Origin: Muribaculaceae bacterium
GTDB taxonomy: Bacteria; Bacteroidota; Bacteroidia; Bacteroidales; Muribaculaceae
Direction: 5' to 3'
Assembly: GCA_016292745.1 (NCBI GenBank)
Contig: JAEDFO010000001.1
Coordinates: forward strand, 43,823-107,822
DNA: 64,000 bases
Position numbers and translations under genes: made by a program. The notes beneath the pieces were generated by a model. The model made no database searches and was not told the origin of the DNA. It saw nothing but the letters and a program-made list of their open reading frames with translations. This document shows, piece by piece, positions 49,884 through 60,912 of this stretch (its first letter is position 1; the number at the start of each line of letters is the position of its first letter).

Positions 49884-51089
49884 ATGTATGCTTTTTTTGT
49901 AACATCACTGTTTATCATCATACTTGGCATTAGTGAACTGTCGGCCCAAACAATTATCGACAATCAGGACGTGGATTCGTTATTGGCCGATAAGAACAAA
50001 ATAGAAGTCGTTTCCGACTCATTGGTAGAGACGCCCAAAAAGAAATCATTCTTTGATAAGTTCAAACAATATTTCAAGGATTCAAACAAAGAAAAGGAAC
50101 ATAAAGCTTTTGATTTCTCCATAATAGGCGGTCCTCACTATTCCACCGACACGAAATTAGGTCTTGGACTTGTTGGTGCCGGTCTTTACCGAATGGACCG
50201 CAACGATAAGACTCTGCCACCATCGAATGTTACTCTTTTCGGTGACATTTCAACTGTTGGATTTGTAATGATTGGCATCCGTGGAACCAATATTTTCCCT
50301 CATAACCGATATCGACTGAACTATAAATTATATCTTTATTCTTTTCCGTCGTATTTCTGGGGCATTGGCTATGACAACGGGATTATCGACGACAACAAGA
50401 CCAAGATGAAGCGTTTTCAGTCGAAGGTTAGTGCCGATTTCACTTTCCGATTGGCAAATAATCTTTATTTTGGCCCAGCTGTTGTATGGGATTATGTCAA
50501 AGGCAATGAAATAGAGAAGCCTGAGCTGCTTCAAGGAATGGATTTATGTACACGCAATTACGGTGCCGGTTTAGTACTAACATACGATAGCCGTGATGTG
50601 CTTACCAATCCATCGAAAGGAATATATGTGAATATCGAACAGATGTTCCGCCCTTCGTGGCTTGGCAACGACTATGCATTCTCATCGACAGAAATACGAG
50701 CCTCGGCATATGGCCGTGTATGGAAAGGCGGTATATTGGCCGGTGAAATCCGTGGCTCGTTCAATTACGGCAATCCTATATGGGCGCTGATGGCGCAAAT
50801 CGGCCAGAGTGGCGCGATGCGTGGCTATTACGAAGGAAGGTATCGAGATAAACATGCCATTCAGACACAGATTGAACTTCGTCAGCATGTTTGGCGTCGA
50901 AATGGTATAGCCGTTTGGCTGGGCACTGGCACCGTGTTCCACGATAAAGAATCGTTCAAGCATTTCTTACCGAATTATGGTATAGGATATCGATGGGAAT
51001 TCAAGAAAGACATGAATATCCGTCTTGACGTAGGCTTTGGCAGAAAGGGCGAAATGGGATTCACCTTTAATGTTAACGAAGCATTCTAA
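49884..51089 (+). CDS. POTRA-less Omp85-family (BamA/TamA-type, Bac_surface_Ag) outer-membrane beta-barrel
   Basis: Signal peptide, loop-6-like MRGYYEGRYRD motif, GIGYRWEF..RLDVGFG, and a C-terminal ..NEAF. Only ~70 aa precede the barrel. Confidence 0.75.
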   Translation: MYAFFVTSLFIIILGISELSAQTIIDNQDVDSLLADKNKIEVVSDSLVETPKKKSFFDKFKQYFKDSNKEKEHKAFDFSIIGGPHYSTDTKLGLGLVGAGLYRMDRNDKTLPPSNVTLFGDISTVGFVMIGIRGTNIFPHNRYRLNYKLYLYSFPSYFWGIGYDNGIIDDNKTKMKRFQSKVSADFTFRLANNLYFGPAVVWDYVKGNEIEKPELLQGMDLCTRNYGAGLVLTYDSRDVLTNPSKGIYVNIEQMFRPSWLGNDYAFSSTEIRASAYGRVWKGGILAGEIRGSFNYGNPIWALMAQIGQSGAMRGYYEGRYRDKHAIQTQIELRQHVWRRNGIAVWLGTGTVFHDKESFKHFLPNYGIGYRWEFKKDMNIRLDVGFGRKGEMGFTFNVNEAF

Positions 51090-51100
51090 AGAAAAACAAT

Positions 51101-52804
51101 ATGAATTTCAAATACATTAAATATTTATTCAAACAAAAAACACTCTTTTATCTGTTGTTTATAGGGTTGGTTCTCCCCAACCTATTTTTGGTATTCACTG
51201 AAAACGTTAGCATTCTCACAAGGATTTGCAATTTGCTGTTACCATCTTCGGCATTCTTGTTTTTGTGTACATTGAACAAGAAGCCTGGAAAGATGGTGTG
51301 GTGGCTATTTATCTTCATATTTTTTGCCGCATTCGAATTGGTCCTATTAAGGATATTCGGTAATTCGGTTATTGCAGTCGATATGTTCCTTAATGTGGTG
51401 ACAACCAACCCTGTGGAAGCAACAGAATTGCTCGATAATATATTGGCACCTGTGCTGGCTGTGATATTTTTCTATGGCGGAATTCTTGTGCTAAGCATTT
51501 TCTCAATAAAGAATAAGAAGGTTTTAAGCCACAAATTCATATCCCGGAATCGGATGGTATCGATTGTTGTGTTTGCAATTGCTGCAGTTTTCACTGTTAT
51601 TAATCTTATATTAGACAGTCGATTCTCTATTGTCAACGACATCTATCCAGTAAATGTGAGCTACAACTTTGGTCTTGCCATCGACCGTGAAATAATGGCA
51701 AACAAATATTTCGACAATGTAGAAGACTTTAAATTTAATTCTCATTACTCACATCAAGCAGAAGATGCCGAAGTGTACGTTTTCGTCATTGGCGAAACAT
51801 CTCGTGCACTGAACTGGGGATTATATGGATATGAGAGAAATACCACTCCCCTACTGAATGAAATTAAAGATGAATTATATGTATATCGCGATGCTCTGAC
51901 ACAATCAAATACGACACACAAGAGTGTGCCAATGCTTCTATCGGCTGTAGATGCCTCGAATTTCAACGATATTTATAGCCAACGAAGCATAATAACTGCA
52001 TTTAAAGAAGCCGGATACTCAACATATTTTATCTCAAATCAGCGTAGAAACCATTCTTTAATCGATTTCTTTGGAGAAGAAGCCGACCAAACTATATTTA
52101 TTAAGGATAATCTTAGCGATACCGCTAACGTATACGACGAGAAAATCATTCCTCTTCTGCAAAATGCATTGAGTGACACACTGAAAACCAAGAAATTCAT
52201 CGTGCTCCACACATATGGCTCACATTGCAATTATTCCGACAGATATCCCGACAGTATGCGCCGATTCCAGCCTGATGTGGTACCATCGGCTGAATTGAAG
52301 TATCGTGATAATATGGTAAATGCCTTCGATAACACTATTGTGTATACCGATTATGTGGTTCGGAAAGTAATTGATGCCGTAAAGGCCACAAATGTGGCAG
52401 CATCGGTAATTTACACTTCCGACCATGGCGAAGACATATTCGACGACGAGCGCAAGATGTTTCTCCATGCATCGCCGATTCCTACCATTTACCAAATATA
52501 TGTTCCATTCATAGTCTGGACTTCTGAAAGATATAACGATATTCATCCGGAGAATTGCAAGAATATGATAATGAACATAGACAAACCTATTGCCACCAGC
52601 CGTGTGGCATTCCACACATTGCTTTCAATGGCTGGCATCGTTACAGACTATTCCGACGATACTAATTCGCTTGCTTCAGAATCCTTTACCATAAAGCATC
52701 GCGATTATCTTAACGACCATAATGACCCTGTCCCTTTAAATGAAATAGGACTAATCAAAAGTGATTTCGATTTGATGGATAAACTTCACCTGTGTAAGGA
52801 GTGA
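51101..52804 (+). CDS. Phosphoethanolamine transferase (EptA/MCR family: N-terminal 5-TM + sulfatase-fold domain)
   Basis: IGETSRA (Thr nucleophile context), HTYGSHCNYSDRYP, FDNTIVYTD and SDHGE motifs. Confidence 0.85.
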   Translation: MNFKYIKYLFKQKTLFYLLFIGLVLPNLFLVFTENVSILTRICNLLLPSSAFLFLCTLNKKPGKMVWWLFIFIFFAAFELVLLRIFGNSVIAVDMFLNVVTTNPVEATELLDNILAPVLAVIFFYGGILVLSIFSIKNKKVLSHKFISRNRMVSIVVFAIAAVFTVINLILDSRFSIVNDIYPVNVSYNFGLAIDREIMANKYFDNVEDFKFNSHYSHQAEDAEVYVFVIGETSRALNWGLYGYERNTTPLLNEIKDELYVYRDALTQSNTTHKSVPMLLSAVDASNFNDIYSQRSIITAFKEAGYSTYFISNQRRNHSLIDFFGEEADQTIFIKDNLSDTANVYDEKIIPLLQNALSDTLKTKKFIVLHTYGSHCNYSDRYPDSMRRFQPDVVPSAELKYRDNMVNAFDNTIVYTDYVVRKVIDAVKATNVAASVIYTSDHGEDIFDDERKMFLHASPIPTIYQIYVPFIVWTSERYNDIHPENCKNMIMNIDKPIATSRVAFHTLLSMAGIVTDYSDDTNSLASESFTIKHRDYLNDHNDPVPLNEIGLIKSDFDLMDKLHLCKE

Positions 52805-52811
52805 ACTCAAT

Positions 52812-53345
52812 ATGAAGAAAATATTTATCATATTATCAATTGTCATAGTCTCAGCTCTATATAGCAACGCAGCAGATGATATAGTACCAGCCAAAGGATT
52901 CACCTGGGGCGGCGACATAGGCAGCACCATCGATTTTTCATCATCAGGTAAATCATCGATTGATGCAGAAATGAATTTTGGATATAAATGCCCCTATTTT
53001 AAAGTGATTGGTGTCGGTGCAGGCATCCATACTTGCCTTAGCAGCAACAACACATTCATTCCTGTGTTTGCATTGTTGCGAACATCATTTTCGTCGAAGC
53101 CGAAATTGTGTTTCCTTGAGTTAAAGGGCGGCTACTCGTTTAATTCTTTAGGCAATGTGTCGCAAAGTGCTCCATTTGGGTCGATTGGCCTAGGATGCAA
53201 CCTTTATAGAAACAGTAAGTTCAGCAGCCACATAATTCTGAGCTATAATTTCTATAAGATTAATGATTTTACAACCGATGACGACAAAAATGTAGATGCT
53301 GAGGATATGCATGCCGTAAGCATCCGTATCGGTATAAACTTCTAA
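52812..53345 (+). CDS. Small outer-membrane beta-barrel protein (hypothetical)
   Basis: Signal peptide (SALYSNA/AD), alternating amphipathic strands, and a C-terminal ..RIGINF. Confidence 0.55.
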   Translation: MKKIFIILSIVIVSALYSNAADDIVPAKGFTWGGDIGSTIDFSSSGKSSIDAEMNFGYKCPYFKVIGVGAGIHTCLSSNNTFIPVFALLRTSFSSKPKLCFLELKGGYSFNSLGNVSQSAPFGSIGLGCNLYRNSKFSSHIILSYNFYKINDFTTDDDKNVDAEDMHAVSIRIGINF

Positions 53346-53353
53346 ACGCCATT

Positions 53354-53399
53354 ACAAACAAAGGGGGCTGTTCAATGATGAACTGCCCCCTTTGTTTGT
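53354..53399. terminator. Strong bidirectional terminator
   Basis: 15-bp stem, ACAAACAAAGGGGGC (53354-53368) paired with GCCCCCTTTGTTTGT (53385-53399). Confidence 0.7.
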
Positions 53400-53413
53400 A
53401 TGTATACCAATTA

Positions 53414-54994
53414 TCAGAATTCGCTCGTAAAATGGAACCGTATTTTTGGGAAATCGGTTTGAGCCATTTGAAGTACATAATTTGAATCGGCAAGGAATAC
53501 ATCTCTACCCTCCCGGTCAGTTGCCATGAATTGATATTTGCGTTTCTTAAATGCCTCAAGAGCATCGGCATCATCGCTTTCAATCCAGCATGCCTTATAA
53601 AGGCTTATTGGTTCCCAGCGACATTGTGCACCATATTCGTGCAACAAACGATATTGGATAACCTCAAATTGAAGTTGGCCTACTGTACCAATAAGTTTGC
53701 GACCGTTAAACTGATTGGTAAATAACTGTGCGACACCTTCATCCATAAGCTGTTCAATGCCCTTATTTAACTGCTTGGTTTTCATTGGGTCGGTATTCTC
53801 GATATACTTGAACATTTCCGGAGAGAAACTTGGAAGACCCTTGAAATGAATTTCTTCACCCGATGTCAAGGTGTCGCCAATCTTGAAATTACCGGTATCA
53901 GGCAGACCGACTATATCGCCGGGATATGCTTCATCGACCACTGATTTCTTTTGCGCCATGAAAGCAGTAGGTGCCGAGAATCGCATCATTTTTCCCGAAC
54001 GGATATGTTTATAGTTCATATTTCTCTCAAATTTGCCAGAACAAACCTTAACAAACGCGATACAGCTGCGATGGTTAGGGTCCATATTGGCATGAATCTT
54101 AAACACAAAACCGGAGAATTCCGGTTCGTCGGGATTTATAGTGCGTTCAAGCGACTGAACTGGTTTTGGCGATGGGGCAATCTTTACAAAACAATCAAGG
54201 AGCTCCTTAACACCGAACGTATTCAAGGCCGAGCCGAAAAATACCGGGGCAATCTCGCCCTTCAGATAATCTTCTGTATTAAAATCGGGATAAACGCCAT
54301 TTATAAGTTCCAAATCGTCGCGAAGTTTTTGAGCATCGTCTTCTCCGATATTTTCATCAACTATACTGCTGTTTACGTCATCGATTTCCACGCGTTCAGT
54401 TACCTTCTGTTTGTTAGGTGTAAACAGGTCGAGAGTATTCTCGTAGATATTGTAGACGCCTTTAAACTTTGCACCAATATTAATAGGCCATGACAATGGG
54501 CGGACACTGATTTTAAGTTCTGCCTCGAGTTCGTCGAGAATATCGAACGGATCTCGACCTTCGCGGTCAAGCTTATTCACAAAAATGATAACTGGAGTGT
54601 TGCGCATTCGGCAAACTTCCATCAGTTTCCGCGTCTGCATTTCCACACCCTTTGCTACGTCAACGACAATGATAACACTGTCGACGGCGGTCAAAGTGCG
54701 GTAAGTATCCTCAGCAAAATCCTGGTGGCCAGGAGTATCAAGAATGTTAATCTTATAGTCACCATAATTGAACCCCATGACCGAAGTGGCTACAGAAATA
54801 CCTCTCTGTTTCTCTATTTCCATCCAGTCAGAAGCAGCAGTCTTTTTAATCTTGTTCGATTTTACGGCACCGGCCACATGTATGGCACCACCGAAAAGCA
54901 ATAACTTTTCCGTTAAGGTGGTCTTACCGGCATCCGGGTGACTAATTATAGCAAAAGTTCTGCGTTTGCTTATCTCTTCTTGTAAAGTTGCCAC
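53414..54994 (-). CDS. prfC: Peptide chain release factor 3
   Basis: GTPase motifs AIISHPDAGKTT, DTPGHQDF and NKLD, 526 aa. Confidence 0.95.
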   Translation of the reverse strand: MATLQEEISKRRTFAIISHPDAGKTTLTEKLLLFGGAIHVAGAVKSNKIKKTAASDWMEIEKQRGISVATSVMGFNYGDYKINILDTPGHQDFAEDTYRTLTAVDSVIIVVDVAKGVEMQTRKLMEVCRMRNTPVIIFVNKLDREGRDPFDILDELEAELKISVRPLSWPINIGAKFKGVYNIYENTLDLFTPNKQKVTERVEIDDVNSSIVDENIGEDDAQKLRDDLELINGVYPDFNTEDYLKGEIAPVFFGSALNTFGVKELLDCFVKIAPSPKPVQSLERTINPDEPEFSGFVFKIHANMDPNHRSCIAFVKVCSGKFERNMNYKHIRSGKMMRFSAPTAFMAQKKSVVDEAYPGDIVGLPDTGNFKIGDTLTSGEEIHFKGLPSFSPEMFKYIENTDPMKTKQLNKGIEQLMDEGVAQLFTNQFNGRKLIGTVGQLQFEVIQYRLLHEYGAQCRWEPISLYKACWIESDDADALEAFKKRKYQFMATDREGRDVFLADSNYVLQMAQTDFPKIRFHFTSEF

Positions 54995-55000
54995 AACAAT

Positions 55001-55861
55001 TTATTCTTTTATGCGATTAATACACTTAATTAAGCTATCTTCCCAATAAGGGATATCTATGTTATATACTCTCTTGATTTTCGACTTGTCAAGCACACTG
55101 TAACATGGACGGTGCGCTTTCGTAGGATATTCTGCCGTCAGCACAGGACGGACGTGACAAGTGCCGATACCGGCAATACGGTGAATTGCTTTAGTAAAGT
55201 CGTACCAAGAAACTACCCCTTCATTAGAAAAGTGATATATTCCAGGCTCCCATTTCCCTGATGATAAAATAAGGAGAATCGTATGAGCCAGATCTGTTGC
55301 CGACGTAGGAGTTCCCACCTGGTCGTAAACCACATTTAGTTCGCTTCTCGTAGTTCCGAGGCTCAACATTGTCTTGACAAAGTTTTTCCCATGAGGAGAA
55401 TAAAGCCAAGCCGTACGGATAATTATGGAGTTAGGAGCTAATTGTTTGATGACAATCTCTCCATCGCTCTTGGTTCTCCCATAAACTGACAGCGGATTAA
55501 CCGTATCATCCTCATTGTATGGCTTGTAGGCATATCCGTCAAACACATAATCGGTTGAGATATGCAATAGCTTTGAACTATATTCTGCAGCTATTTCTGC
55601 TAAATTTGCAACTGCGTCGACATTAAGCTTTCTGCACAACTCACCATTGTCTTCGGCAGCATCTACGGCGGTATAGGCAGCACAATTAATTATAAAGTCG
55701 ATATTGTTGCACTCAACAAAACTTGCCACAGCAAGTTTATCTGTAATATCAAGTTCAGATACATCGGTTGCAAATATTTTAAAATTGTCATGGCCGGAGA
55801 ACTGCAATTGCAACTCTCGGCCTAATTGTCCATTTGCCCCAGTTATAAGAACATTCTTCAT
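55001..55861 (-). CDS. rfbD: dTDP-4-dehydrorhamnose reductase
   Basis: ITGANGQLG Rossmann motif, YGRTK, 286 aa. Confidence 0.88.
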   Translation of the reverse strand: MKNVLITGANGQLGRELQLQFSGHDNFKIFATDVSELDITDKLAVASFVECNNIDFIINCAAYTAVDAAEDNGELCRKLNVDAVANLAEIAAEYSSKLLHISTDYVFDGYAYKPYNEDDTVNPLSVYGRTKSDGEIVIKQLAPNSIIIRTAWLYSPHGKNFVKTMLSLGTTRSELNVVYDQVGTPTSATDLAHTILLILSSGKWEPGIYHFSNEGVVSWYDFTKAIHRIAGIGTCHVRPVLTAEYPTKAHRPCYSVLDKSKIKRVYNIDIPYWEDSLIKCINRIKE

Positions 55862-55867
55862 AACGAA

Positions 55868-56425
55868 TTATTTTTCATCATCGTTATCAAAAAGCGGTTT
55901 CTCTTCATCTTTCTTAAAATATGCAGCCAATGTTGCCACAAACTTTGATATTTGGTTAAATGCAATCAATGTCTCTGGCGACACTTCCTTTTTGTTCAAT
56001 CGAAGCATCATCAACCCATATAATGCATTGAAGCAGGTTTCAATTTCGCCAGATTTATGTTGTCCTGACTTTGCACGAAGCTCGACGATAATTGGCAGTG
56101 TTCGATAATATTCAGCAACATATGTTGGAAACTTGTCCGATTTAATCAGCTGATTGTGCAAATCGGTCAGCTTTATGAGTACATTATTGTTTATTTGAAG
56201 GTGCCCTTGAGAAATTACATTTTCAGCACGCATCATATTTATAAGGTTATCGAACCACTCAACATAGTCGTGACGCTGTTTGTCAGAAAGTTCGTAAACT
56301 GATATCAGATTTTTTTCAATTTCTTCAATGCTGAAATTGTTTGCACGAATTATATCCTCAATCTGCCACATATATAGCAGATATTCGGCGACATTCTCTT
56401 TACGGCGCTGCTGCGAAATGAACAT
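55868..56425 (-). CDS. DUF4924-like conserved hypothetical protein
   Basis: The N-terminal segment QQRRKENVAEYLLYMWQIEDIIRA resembles the Bacteroidales DUF4924 family as I recall it. Confidence 0.55.
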   Translation of the reverse strand: MFISQQRRKENVAEYLLYMWQIEDIIRANNFSIEEIEKNLISVYELSDKQRHDYVEWFDNLINMMRAENVISQGHLQINNNVLIKLTDLHNQLIKSDKFPTYVAEYYRTLPIIVELRAKSGQHKSGEIETCFNALYGLMMLRLNKKEVSPETLIAFNQISKFVATLAAYFKKDEEKPLFDNDDEK

Positions 56426-56429
56426 TGTG

Positions 56430-57131
56430 TTATCCGAATTTACTGATTTTTCGAAGTTGACTCTCGTTGATAATCTTTATTCTTCGCCCATCAACAGTAA
56501 TTATATGTTCTGCAACGAAGCTCGATAACGTCCGGATAGCATTCGAAGTTGTCATATTCGAAAGATTGGCAATATCTTCACGAGCCATGTATATCTTGAG
56601 GGTTTCGCCATCTTCTTCAAATCCATAGCTCTCAATCAGTAAAATCAGGGCTTCGGCCAAACGTCCTCTAATGTGCTTCTGGGTAAGGTTCACAATCTTG
56701 GTATCGGATCCGCCAAGGTGTTTCGACAATTCACGGATGAAGAACCATGCCAGATTAATATTATGGTCGATTAATTCAGCTACAATGCTCATCTTTATAG
56801 CTCCCAAAGTTGATGTCTCAAACGCTGCAGCAGTCGACACATACGGCTCTTTGGCAAAAAAAGCACGATAGCCAAAATATTGTATAGGTCGATAGAGACG
56901 AAGAATCTGTTGACGTCCGCCTATACCGTCCTTGTAAAGTTTTACTTTGCCTTTAAGTAAGCACCACAAATACTCAGGGTTTTCACTTTCTGCATATATT
57001 ATTTGATTCTTTTTGAAATTATGAATTTCAAAATTATCAACAATAATTCTCTTTTCATCTTGAGAAAGAGTTGCCCAAAGTTCGGCTAAATCTTCACTAA
57101 TTACTTTTTCTAATGTACTTTTCTTTATCAT
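56430..57131 (-). CDS. Crp/Fnr-family transcriptional regulator
   Basis: cNMP-binding-like beta-roll plus a C-terminal HTH (REDIANLSNMTTSNAIRTLSSF). Confidence 0.85.
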   Translation of the reverse strand: MIKKSTLEKVISEDLAELWATLSQDEKRIIVDNFEIHNFKKNQIIYAESENPEYLWCLLKGKVKLYKDGIGGRQQILRLYRPIQYFGYRAFFAKEPYVSTAAAFETSTLGAIKMSIVAELIDHNINLAWFFIRELSKHLGGSDTKIVNLTQKHIRGRLAEALILLIESYGFEEDGETLKIYMAREDIANLSNMTTSNAIRTLSSFVAEHIITVDGRRIKIINESQLRKISKFG

Positions 57132-57169
57132 TTCAGCAGTTCATTGCTTTACAACAATGCTATACAGCA

Positions 57170-57177
57170 CAAAATTA
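57170..57177 (-). promoter_or_regulatory. -7 promoter box TAATTTTG for the crp-like operon
   Basis: The plus strand reads CAAAATTA, 38 nt upstream of the ATG at 57131. Confidence 0.35.
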
Positions 57178-57267
57178 GGAAATTAAAATCATTTCACAAG
57201 CCGTTTCGGTCAAAAAAACGATATATCTGTTATTTTTTGCGTAAAATATATTCATTATGTAATAAAA

Positions 57268-57305
57268 ATATAGCAAAAGGAAACGTTTACGCCCTTTTGC
57301 TATAT
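57268..57305 (-). terminator. maeB Rho-independent terminator
   Basis: 13-bp stem, ATATAGCAAAAGG paired with CCTTTTGCTATAT, followed by a T-run on the minus strand. Confidence 0.6.
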
Positions 57306-57343
57306 TAATATAATTATGAACGAAATGTTACACTGAAATAGCC

Positions 57344-59617
57344 TTACTTTTCTAAGTTATAGATTGCATCAATAACTGCTACTGCCGTCAAGTTGACGAT
57401 GTCGCGAACTGCAGCATCAACATTGATGAAATGAATCGGTTTGTTCAACCCCATTTGAATTGGGCCAATAGCATCGGCAAGACCCATTTCGAGCATCATG
57501 CGGTATGCAGTGTTGGCTGCACTTAAATCTGGGAAGATTAGTGTGTTGACTTTCTTGCCATGCAGTTTATTGAATGGGAATGTTTTGTCGCGAAGTTTCC
57601 GGTTAAGTGCATAATGTACTTGCATTTCGCCATCAACAACCATATCGGGATAATTCTCATGAAGGAAATCAACAGCATCGTGCACCATTTTGGGGCTCGA
57701 TTCAGTGTTTGAGCCAAAATTGCTGAACGAAACCATAGCCATTACAGGGTCTTTTGCAAAATATTCAACCGACCGCTTTGCCAATCTTGCAATATCGACA
57801 AGAGTTTCAGTATCACTTTCGTGATTTATTGAAGTATCGGCCAAGAAATATGTACCTTTCTTGGATATCATGATATGCATTGTAGCAAAGTGCTTGAAGC
57901 CTTCACGAATACCAACCACCTCAGTCGCAATTTTCATTGGGGTGCCTCCACCAGAGTAAGAACCGGTTATCAATGCATCGGCATCGCCGCATTCAACCAT
58001 CATCATACCGAAATAATTACGGTCGAACATCTTGTCGTAGGCTTCAGGATAAGTAAGGCCATTGCGTTGATGCTTCTCTGCCAGTCGGAAAGCAAAAGCT
58101 TTACGGCGACGGGCCTCACGGTCGTGACGGACATTCACAATTTCGAGCTCTGATATGTCAAGATTCAATTTCTTGGCACGCTTAGCAATCATTTCCTCAT
58201 TGCCAAGAAGCACAGGTTGGCATATTCCCTGATTGTATGCCGATACTGCAGCCTGAAGCATATTGTCTGTATTAGCTTCTGCAAATACCACACGTTTAGG
58301 TTGAGTCTTAGCCAAATCAGCGAGGCGACGAACCAAGCGATCATCGTATCCCATGAGTTTCTTCAACTGCAAATCGTAGGAGTCCCAATCGGTTATCGGA
58401 CGAGTTGCAACTCCCGATTCCATTGCACCTTTTGCAACTGCCGGCGACACTGCAGTTATGAGTCGCGGATCGAGAGCTTTGGGCAGAATGTATTGTGGGC
58501 CGAATTTCATTGTCTCGCTGTCATAAGCAGCACGAACAACTGTCGGAACAGGCTCTTTTGCCAATTTTGCAATGGCTCGTACTGCTGCAAGCTTCATTTC
58601 CTCGTTAATTGTAGTTGCTCCACAGTCGAGTGCTCCACGGAAAATATATGGGAAACCGAGCACGTTATTAATCTGATTAGGATAATCCGAGCGGCCGGTT
58701 GCAAAAATCAAATCATCGCGAGTGGTGATTGCCTTATGGTATTCAATTTCAGGATCAGGATTAGCAAGAGCAAAAACTATAGGATTGGGAGCCATAGATT
58801 TCAGCATTTCCGGTGTCACTACATCCTTAACTGAAAGGCCAAGGAAAACATCGGCATCGACCATTGCATCGGCCAAAGTATCGATATCGCGAGATGTGGC
58901 AAATTCAAGTTTCTGTGCATTAAGATTTGATCGCTTAGTGTTTATCACACCTTTGCTATCGCACATAACCACGTTTTCCTTCTTAATTCCAAGGGCAATA
59001 TATAGTTTAGTACACGAAATTGCAGCTGCGCCAGCACCATTGACAACCAACTTAACATCCTCGATTTTCTTCCCTTGAATCTCGAGAGCATTGAGCAGTC
59101 CAGCTCCTGAAATTATAGCAGTGCCATGCTGGTCGTCGTGCATAATCGGAATATCGCACTGGGCCTTGAGCTCACGCTCTATTTCAAAACATTCAGGTGC
59201 CTTGATGTCTTCAAGATTAATGCCGCCAAAAGTTGGCGCTATAGCCTTGACAACCTCAATGAATTTCTTTGGGTCTTTTTCATTGATTTCGATATCGAAA
59301 CAATCAAGACCTCCAAAAATCTTAAACAGCAAAGCCTTACCTTCCATAACAGGCTTACCGGCCATCGCACCAATATCACCAAGTCCAAGAACTGCCGTTC
59401 CATTTGAGATAACAGCTACAAGATTACCTTTGTTAGTGTACTTATACACAGACTGTGCATCTTCTTCAATTTCCAGACATGGATATGCAACACCTGGCGA
59501 ATAAGCCAACGATAAATCCATCTGCGATGAATATGGTTTTGTAGGCACAATCTCAATTTTGCCTGGTTTGCCTTGCGAATGATAATCCAAGGCCATTTCT
59601 TTAGTTACTTTTGCCAT
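57344..59617 (-). CDS. maeB: NADP-dependent malic enzyme (malic enzyme + PTA-like C-terminal domain)
   Basis: 757 aa with an N-terminal malic enzyme domain ([14 protein letters not shown]) and a C-terminal phosphate-acetyltransferase-like domain. Confidence 0.93.
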   Translation of the reverse strand: MAKVTKEMALDYHSQGKPGKIEIVPTKPYSSQMDLSLAYSPGVAYPCLEIEEDAQSVYKYTNKGNLVAVISNGTAVLGLGDIGAMAGKPVMEGKALLFKIFGGLDCFDIEINEKDPKKFIEVVKAIAPTFGGINLEDIKAPECFEIERELKAQCDIPIMHDDQHGTAIISGAGLLNALEIQGKKIEDVKLVVNGAGAAAISCTKLYIALGIKKENVVMCDSKGVINTKRSNLNAQKLEFATSRDIDTLADAMVDADVFLGLSVKDVVTPEMLKSMAPNPIVFALANPDPEIEYHKAITTRDDLIFATGRSDYPNQINNVLGFPYIFRGALDCGATTINEEMKLAAVRAIAKLAKEPVPTVVRAAYDSETMKFGPQYILPKALDPRLITAVSPAVAKGAMESGVATRPITDWDSYDLQLKKLMGYDDRLVRRLADLAKTQPKRVVFAEANTDNMLQAAVSAYNQGICQPVLLGNEEMIAKRAKKLNLDISELEIVNVRHDREARRRKAFAFRLAEKHQRNGLTYPEAYDKMFDRNYFGMMMVECGDADALITGSYSGGGTPMKIATEVVGIREGFKHFATMHIMISKKGTYFLADTSINHESDTETLVDIARLAKRSVEYFAKDPVMAMVSFSNFGSNTESSPKMVHDAVDFLHENYPDMVVDGEMQVHYALNRKLRDKTFPFNKLHGKKVNTLIFPDLSAANTAYRMMLEMGLADAIGPIQMGLNKPIHFINVDAAVRDIVNLTAVAVIDAIYNLEK

Positions 59618-59727
59618 TATTATAATAGTTCAGTTAAAAATTACGATTTAAATCCCGTATTGTTGAATTAAACAAGAATATACCTAAAAAAGTTGTATAG
59701 CGCATTTAGCCCAATCATTGTCTGTTA

Positions 59728-59735
59728 CAAAATTA
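59728..59735 (-). promoter_or_regulatory. -7 promoter box TAATTTTG upstream of maeB
   Basis: The plus strand reads CAAAATTA, 110 nt upstream of the ATG at 59617, which implies a long leader. Confidence 0.3.
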
Positions 59736-59774
59736 CTAATAATTTTCGAATTATGCTCTTTAGCCGATAAAAAT

Positions 59775-59802
59775 GGAGCGTCTACACATAAATAGACGCT
59801 CC
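59775..59802 (-). terminator. leuB Rho-independent terminator
   Basis: GGAGCGTCTA pairs with TAGACGCTCC, followed by ATTTTTAT on the minus strand. Confidence 0.65.
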
Positions 59803-59827
59803 ACCATCATATAGTCTTTAATGTTTC

Positions 59828-60901
59828 TTAATGCTTTGACACATAATCTACAAGCCATTTGCCCACTTCTGAGGTTTTGTATGATGGTTCACCCTGTTCA
59901 GCAATGTCGCCTGTTACAAATTTTGCCGAAAGTGATGCCTCTACAGCTTCTCGGATAAGCAGTGCTTCATCCTTAAGATTGAAAGCATATTCGAGCATCA
60001 TTGCGGCAGAAAGCACAGTTGCCAATGGATTTGCAATGTCTTTACCAGCAGCTTGCGGCCAGGAACCGTGAATCGGTTCGAATACCGAAGTATGCTCGCC
60101 TATTGAAGCCGATGGGAGCATGCCGAGTGAACCGGTAATAACCGAGCCTTCATCGGTAAGAATATCGCCAAACATATTTTCAGTTACCAGCACGTCGAAA
60201 TCCTTTGGCCATTGGATAATGCGCATAGCGGCATTGTCAACAAAGAGGAATTCTGTTGTAACATCAGGGTAATCCTTAGCGATTTCTTTAGAAACCTGTC
60301 GCCACAGACGGCTTGTAGCCAATACGTTAGCCTTATCAACAACAGTGACCTTCTTTCGACGCTTTAGGGCAAACTCATATGCCAGACGAACTATACGCTC
60401 AATCTCGTATGTGCTGTATACGCATGTATCGTAGGCTGTTTTACCGTCTTCGCTTCTTCCTTGTGGCCGACCAAAATACATGCCACCAGTGAGTTCACGG
60501 ATACACATAAAGTCGGCGCCATCAATCAAGTCGGTACGGAGAGGAGATTTCTTGACAAGACTCTTGAAAGTCGTAACCGGGCGTATGTTGGCATATAATC
60601 CAAGGCGCTTACGCATAGCAAGAAGACCTTGTTCAGGACGCACCTTTGCAGTGGGGTCGTTGTCATATTTCGGAGAGCCGGTTGCGCCGAAAAGCACTGC
60701 ATCAGATTCCATGCAAAGCTGATGTGTCTCTTCAGGATAAGGGTTGCCAGTTGCATCGATGGCACAAGCTCCCACTAATGCTGTTTTGTATTCAAGTTCA
60801 TGATTGTACTTCTCGCACACAGCTTTAAGTACATCGAGAGCTACATTCATTATTTCTGGTCCGATTCCGTCACCTGGAAGGACTGCAATTTTCAGTTTCA
60901 T
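59828..60901 (-). CDS. leuB: 3-isopropylmalate dehydrogenase
   Basis: [12 protein letters not shown] motif, 357 aa. Confidence 0.95.
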   Translation of the reverse strand: MKLKIAVLPGDGIGPEIMNVALDVLKAVCEKYNHELEYKTALVGACAIDATGNPYPEETHQLCMESDAVLFGATGSPKYDNDPTAKVRPEQGLLAMRKRLGLYANIRPVTTFKSLVKKSPLRTDLIDGADFMCIRELTGGMYFGRPQGRSEDGKTAYDTCVYSTYEIERIVRLAYEFALKRRKKVTVVDKANVLATSRLWRQVSKEIAKDYPDVTTEFLFVDNAAMRIIQWPKDFDVLVTENMFGDILTDEGSVITGSLGMLPSASIGEHTSVFEPIHGSWPQAAGKDIANPLATVLSAAMMLEYAFNLKDEALLIREAVEASLSAKFVTGDIAEQGEPSYKTSEVGKWLVDYVSKH

Positions 60902-60912
60902 ATCTATAAAAA

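Noticed and set aside
53951-54493. 180-aa plus-strand ORF
   Set aside because: It is antisense to prfC and is a shadow ORF.
58217-58834. 205-aa plus-strand ORF, plus neighbouring 118- and 137-aa ORFs
   Set aside because: All are antisense to maeB and Cys-rich with no domain signature.
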